Virus record (IMG/VR): IMGVR_UViG_3300031973_000258 | Coordinates: 1-30,496 of that record | From: a virus | Lineage: Duplodnaviria > Caudoviricetes | Direction: 5' to 3' (one strand) | DNA: 30,496 nt | Shown here: in pieces, positions 27,056 through 30,496 of the stretch | Position numbering within the stretch: the first letter of the stretch is position 1 | Layout: every line of letters begins with the position of its first letter | Made by a program: the position numbers and the translations under genes | Notes under the pieces: model-generated | Databases searched by the model: none | The model's input: only the letters and a program-made list of their open reading frames with translations | What the model was told of the DNA's origin: nothing

Positions 27056-27137
27056 GGGAGCAGGAACGACTAACCTGCTCCCTGATACGAACACTACCTC
27101 TCTAGCTAGCTTTGGGTTTTACCATTTGTTCGTATCA
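27056..27137 (-). other. Two adjacent perfect inverted repeats (possible terminator or structured RNA)
   Basis: TGATACGAACA/TGTTCGTATCA (27083-27093 / 27127-27137) and GGGAGCAGG/CCTGCTCCC (27056-27064 / 27074-27082). Confidence 0.65.
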
Positions 27138-27344
27138 AACTTGTATTGGGTACATGTCATAAGATATGCTTTCTATTACATCCCATGATATACCCAGAGT
27201 AGCATCGTGTTTGTCTTTGACTGCATGTAAAACTTTTCTGCAGTCTGCGTCTGTTAAGTCTGGTCTTAGTTGCCTAACATCTTCTGTATTCCAACAAACA
27301 AATATTGTATCATCTGTGTCATGCTTTGTCCAGGTAGTCCTCCT
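27135..27344 (-). pseudogene. Start-less, protein-like reading frame (frameshifted continuation or pseudogene)
   Basis: 69 sense codons (...KHDTDDTIFVCWNTEDVRQLRPDLTDADCRKVLHAVKDKHDATLGISWDVIESISYDMYPIQV*) with no ATG/GTG/TTG near the 5' end; +1 frame relative to the upstream ORF. Confidence 0.5.
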
Positions 27345-27489
27345 CTAATTCTGTTATGAAATCATCAACGGTTTGGGCAACTGAGTTAGGCAAATCAGTT
27401 AGCAACTCGTTGTGCCAAGTGCCGTCTTCATATTGCCAGTCAATACTCAATGCCCAGCCTGTCGCTATCTTCTTCTTTCCCTCACTCAT
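27319..27489 (-). CDS. 56-aa acidic hypothetical protein, missed by the ORF track
   Basis: ATG overlaps the end of the upstream gene; MSEGKKKIATGWALSIDWQYEDGTWHNELLTDLPNSVAQTVDDFITELEEDYLDKA*. Confidence 0.65.
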   Translation of the reverse strand: MSEGKKKIATGWALSIDWQYEDGTWHNELLTDLPNSVAQTVDDFITELEEDYLDKA

Positions 27490-27808
27490 CAAGACCTACT
27501 ACTGGTGTAAGTTTCATTTGATTCTTATTGTATTGTAGCTCAACAGTATACATCTGTCCATTGAAACGAATCCAATCAAGAGTCTTAAGATTGATATTAC
27601 GATACTGTTTCTTAATAGTATCAAAGACAATCATAAACTCTTCTTTCTTTGTCGTTCTCTCTCCACCTCTCAGATGTTTCTTCACACCAAGCATACAGTT
27701 GATAACTCTATCCGAGCCATCTTTCTTTGTAAACTTTGCTGAGAATATCTTAGAGCCTACAAGTTTATGTAGTTCATCTGAGAATGTTTGTCGTTTTAGT
27801 CTTTGCAT
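27482..27808 (-). CDS. WYL_2/DUF2693-like Sm/SH3 beta-barrel protein
   Basis: AGGAGG RBS; FSAKFTKKDGSDR...VFD....YRNINL pattern. Confidence 0.7.
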   Translation of the reverse strand: MQRLKRQTFSDELHKLVGSKIFSAKFTKKDGSDRVINCMLGVKKHLRGGERTTKKEEFMIVFDTIKKQYRNINLKTLDWIRFNGQMYTVELQYNKNQMKLTPVVGLDE

Positions 27809-27844
27809 TTAGTCCTCCTTTGTTGTTGTTAATAGGTGTTGCTT

Positions 27845-27995
27845 GAAGTTGCCAATTTCAATTTAAGTCCTCACTGGTCAGTGGGCTGGACACAACATAA
27901 ACCATAGAGAGCCAGCATCGGATCGCCTTGCGTGCTTATTCCTTAACTCGAGTCTAGGCAACTGTGACTCTCTATGTATCTGTATGCCTACAGAA
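27845..27995 (-). ncRNA. Candidate structured RNA / 5' leader of the WYL_2-like gene
   Basis: Lies downstream of a strong promoter; 12-bp stem CAUAGAGAGUCA/UGGCUCUCUAUG, inner stem, second hairpin and alternative pairings. Confidence 0.55.
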
Positions 27996-28001
27996 TATCT
28001 T

Positions 28002-28030
28002 ATAATAGCACTATCATATCGCTATGTCAA
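28002..28030 (-). promoter_or_regulatory. Sigma70-type promoter
   Basis: TTGACA (28030-28025), 17-nt spacer, TATTAT (28007-28002), with extended TG. Confidence 0.75.
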
Positions 28031-28707
28031 TGCGTCTTAAATATAACTGATTGCTTCTTCATTGACCAGCACAGACCGCAATCGGCACAGCTCTTAGTCT
28101 TGCCTGTCTGCTCTGGGCATATCACACCTTTGTCTGCTATCTCTTCTGAGTTAGCTGATAATATATCTCTGGTGTAATCTGAAAATCGTACTGAGAATCT
28201 ATCCCATTGTGCTGTGCGTATTCTTTTGATTTCATCTCCTATGTCTGTGCCTGGGTGCCAATGTGTATATCCCCAGATGGCAAGACCTGGAAACTTAGCA
28301 AGACATCTCTCCCAGAACTGCACATAATCTACTGAATAGAAATCTCCAAGCACATGAAGTCTTACAAGAAACTTCTCATGCTTCTTCTGTATCTCTGTGA
28401 GGTCTGCGTATAGTTTGTGCGTCAGTCCTTTGCCATGTGATATCCTGTGTGCGAATGGCATATTGTTGCCATAGCAATCATCCCAATGCCCACAAGTACG
28501 AGGGCATGTAGCTCTCTCCTCTAGGGTAAGAGTAAAGATAGGTCTGTCTTTGTGCATACCCTTGCTGACTTTCTTGCCTAACTTCTTGTTGAGGACTGGC
28601 TTCAAAGCCTTGAAAGGATAGAACTCTACTACCTTGATTGTCTTTGTGTATATCGTATGGCCACTACTAATCTTATCTAGTGACGCTTGTGAATAATTTT
28701 TTTTCAT
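28027..28707 (-). CDS. Gp88-like Cys-rich protein (putative Fe-S protein)
   Basis: TCPRTCGHWDDCY, RLHVLGDF, WGYT, VRFS, CPEQ...CADCGLCW...F.TH. Confidence 0.7.
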   Translation of the reverse strand: MKKNYSQASLDKISSGHTIYTKTIKVVEFYPFKALKPVLNKKLGKKVSKGMHKDRPIFTLTLEERATCPRTCGHWDDCYGNNMPFAHRISHGKGLTHKLYADLTEIQKKHEKFLVRLHVLGDFYSVDYVQFWERCLAKFPGLAIWGYTHWHPGTDIGDEIKRIRTAQWDRFSVRFSDYTRDILSANSEEIADKGVICPEQTGKTKSCADCGLCWSMKKQSVIFKTH

Positions 28708-29228
28708 ATACTTATAGTAGGAGATTCGCTAGTCTGTGTCAACCACCAAGCAGGTGCAGGTACACCTTTACTCCAAACTGCAAAGTATCTCTTATCTGCC
28801 ATGTAATAGTTTCTGTATGCTTGAACATAGTCATCACACTTGTATTCATCTGGCATACATTGTGGTGGATCTTGAAAGCCATTGTCTGCAAACATTACTG
28901 ATTCATTTATCTCATCTAAAAGATCACATGCTATAACTTTAATTATACGATTTGATTTATGTGCCTTACCAAATCTCTTTGTGTACTGTTGGGATATAGC
29001 TACTGCATGATCAAATGCCCATTCAAAATGTGGCTGTGAATCTCCAACCCATCTAGTCATGGGGTGATTAGGATATGCTGGTTTGTACAGTATGGTATTC
29101 TCTCCTAAGTTTCTTTGGTATGCAGTAGATAACATCTGACAAGTCTCAAGCAACATCTTGGGTATATGCTTGTCGCATAACATCTCTGCTGACTTCTCTG
29201 GTAATCTATCTAAAAAAAATATATTCAT
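28704..29228 (-). CDS. Pyrimidine-dimer DNA glycosylase/endonuclease V-like protein (start at ATG 29228)
   Basis: AAGGAG RBS; MNIFFLD, DKHIPKMLLETCQMLSTA, YKPAYPNHP..RW, PPQCMPDEY, V.AYR.YY. Confidence 0.72.
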   Translation of the reverse strand: MNIFFLDRLPEKSAEMLCDKHIPKMLLETCQMLSTAYQRNLGENTILYKPAYPNHPMTRWVGDSQPHFEWAFDHAVAISQQYTKRFGKAHKSNRIIKVIACDLLDEINESVMFADNGFQDPPQCMPDEYKCDDYVQAYRNYYMADKRYFAVWSKGVPAPAWWLTQTSESPTISI

Positions 29229-29245
29229 TTGTTCTCCTTTTGCTA

Positions 29246-29274
29246 TTGACATTGATTTGAATCCGTGCTATAAG
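29246..29274 (+). promoter_or_regulatory. Antisense-oriented sigma70-type promoter
   Basis: TTGACA (29246-29251), 17-nt spacer, TATAAG (29269-29274), with extended TG; on the strand opposite to all surrounding genes. Confidence 0.65.
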
Positions 29275-29296
29275 AACCTGTGGTTCCGAGGGGGGT

Positions 29297-29473
29297 CTAT
29301 ATACCATACTTAGTAAACACTTCTTTCCATTCATCTTTAGGTCTACCTTTTGGTTTGCCACGATTGGGTCGCCAGTTAGTCTTACAACTATCATTACAAT
29401 ATTGTTTTTTAGTTTGCCATTTATTTATAGCAAACTCAACACCACATGTTTTACATATTTTTGTGCTTGTCAT
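29297..29473 (-). CDS. 58-aa zinc-finger protein with an AT-hook-like motif, missed by the ORF track
   Basis: MTSTKICKTCGVEFAINKWQTKKQYCNDSCKTNWRPNRGKPKGRPKDEWKEVFTKYGI*; GGAG upstream. Confidence 0.75.
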   Translation of the reverse strand: MTSTKICKTCGVEFAINKWQTKKQYCNDSCKTNWRPNRGKPKGRPKDEWKEVFTKYGI

Positions 29474-29475
29474 AT

Positions 29476-29853
29476 CTATTCATCTCCGTACTTTAATGAG
29501 ATAGGATCAAGCCAACTGTTTATGTGATCGTGTGTTGTCCAATCAGATAATGCGTCAATGCCCTCACCATTACAGGCAACCCACATGATCCACCCACCTT
29601 TATCAAAGATAATGTGCATTATATCTGTTTGATTGTATTCTTTGAGAGATTCTCCAATATCATTAGTGAACACCCAGTTATCATAGTCGCCTTGCTTTTC
29701 ATTGACTTCGTCATGAGGAAAGAAGTTTTCTCCATCACATTGGAATATCCATTTCAGTCCTTGTGCTTTAGCTTCTGTAAGAATAGCAACGATTAGAGGG
29801 ATCTTAATTAATCCCTGTGATTCTAGTCTTTTTAGTTCTGATTGCGTAATCAC
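29476..29853 (-). CDS. Hypothetical protein
   Basis: GTGA coupling to the upstream gene; 125 aa. Confidence 0.65.
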   Translation of the reverse strand: MITQSELKRLESQGLIKIPLIVAILTEAKAQGLKWIFQCDGENFFPHDEVNEKQGDYDNWVFTNDIGESLKEYNQTDIMHIIFDKGGWIMWVACNGEGIDALSDWTTHDHINSWLDPISLKYGDE

Positions 29854-30374
29854 AGTACCCTCTCCAATCTTCTAGCCATAGCATTGTAATCTGGTAAGTC
29901 ATTCTTAACCTGTCGTTTCTTTCTAGGTTTCTTAACAGGTATGATAGGCTCGGCTCTGTTAGCATCTATGATAGGAAGTATCTGTCTGATTATATCTGGT
30001 CGTTGTAGAAATTCCATCATACATTCTTGAGAATGAAACTGCCAAGGGACAGGCTCACCTACTGGCTCACTATGCTCTACATAGTAGTGCCTACCTTCTT
30101 CATCATAAGGCGTTGTATAATCTATCTTTAAATCTTCATTGCTAACCCCAGCATAACGTTTGTTTCTGTAGCCTAAAGCATTAAGTCTTTGAAGTTCTAC
30201 TTCAGCTTCTGCTCTTGTATTAAATACTCTGTTGTTCTCTTTTAAGTTCCAGTATGACCAATGTTTATATCCACTACACCCAAACCATTGTTGCGTGTAT
30301 GTGTAGTTCATTCGTTTGCCACAGTTGGCACAGTAGATTTTAGGTCTTCCGTTCTTGTCTAGTTCTTGTGTCAT
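29850..30374 (-). CDS. Hypothetical protein with a split zinc-binding motif (start at ATG 30374)
   Basis: AAGGAG RBS before MTQELDK; CANC near the N-terminus and FHSQEC about 100 aa later; basic KKPRKKR tail. Confidence 0.65.
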   Translation of the reverse strand: MTQELDKNGRPKIYCANCGKRMNYTYTQQWFGCSGYKHWSYWNLKENNRVFNTRAEAEVELQRLNALGYRNKRYAGVSNEDLKIDYTTPYDEEGRHYYVEHSEPVGEPVPWQFHSQECMMEFLQRPDIIRQILPIIDANRAEPIIPVKKPRKKRQVKNDLPDYNAMARRLERVL

Positions 30375-30496
30375 GTCGTTTTTTCTCCTTGTTTTGTTGT
30401 CGTTTTTGTTCTTTCTTTTTGAAATGTTCAATCCAAAATGGATTAGGTTTAGTATAAAAATCTTTGTCGAACATATGTACTATTATAAGAATTTAT

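Noticed and set aside
27850-27895. Hammerhead ribozyme-like CUGA...GAAA on the minus strand
   Set aside because: The core reads CUGACCA rather than CUGANGA, and stems II and III do not form as required.
29206-29394. 62-aa minus-strand ORF from the track
   Set aside because: It overlaps the better-supported 58-aa zinc-finger ORF and the start of the DenV-like gene, and has no RBS.
20302-29796. Plus-strand ORFs in the right arm (e.g. 20526-20999, 25668-26105, 27166-27348)
   Set aside because: They are shadows of minus-strand genes. Only 29280-29504 is kept as a possibility because of the adjacent promoter.
1-30496. tRNA genes, integrase, phage RNA polymerase, stop-codon reassignment
   Set aside because: No cloverleaf or relevant motifs were seen, and genes tile normally under the standard code with all three stop codons in use.

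Overview
This window is part of an AT-rich, gene-dense dsDNA phage genome, most like marine podoviruses of the HMO-2011/HTVC103P type. That assignment is inferred from a family A DNA polymerase with a DnaJ-type CxxCxGxG zinc-finger insertion, separate primase and helicase genes, and podovirus-style internal virion genes. The left arm (1-18152, + strand) is a late module: an array of tail-fibre and chaperone genes, putative ejection/internal virion proteins, a holin-like gene, a cassette of unexplained exported or membrane proteins, and a lytic transglycosylase-like protein. The right arm (18149-30496, - strand) is an early/replication module: RNR C-terminal-like fragment, DUF3310, metallophosphoesterase, resolvase, Cas4-like exonuclease, SSB-like protein, PolA, SF4 helicase, primase, WYL_2/DUF2693-like protein, Gp88-like Cys-rich protein, DenV-like glycosylase and zinc-finger proteins. 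Reading the sequence directly adds four small ORFs missed by the track, one frameshifted ORF, four sigma70-type promoters of shared design (one antisense, one implying a leaderless primase mRNA) and three structured intergenic elements. The best candidates for undescribed biology are the post-holin exported-protein cassette, the promoter + structured RNA + WYL_2 gene unit, and the coupled DenV-like/Gp88-like Fe-S pair. All family assignments come from motif recognition by eye; no database searches were run.
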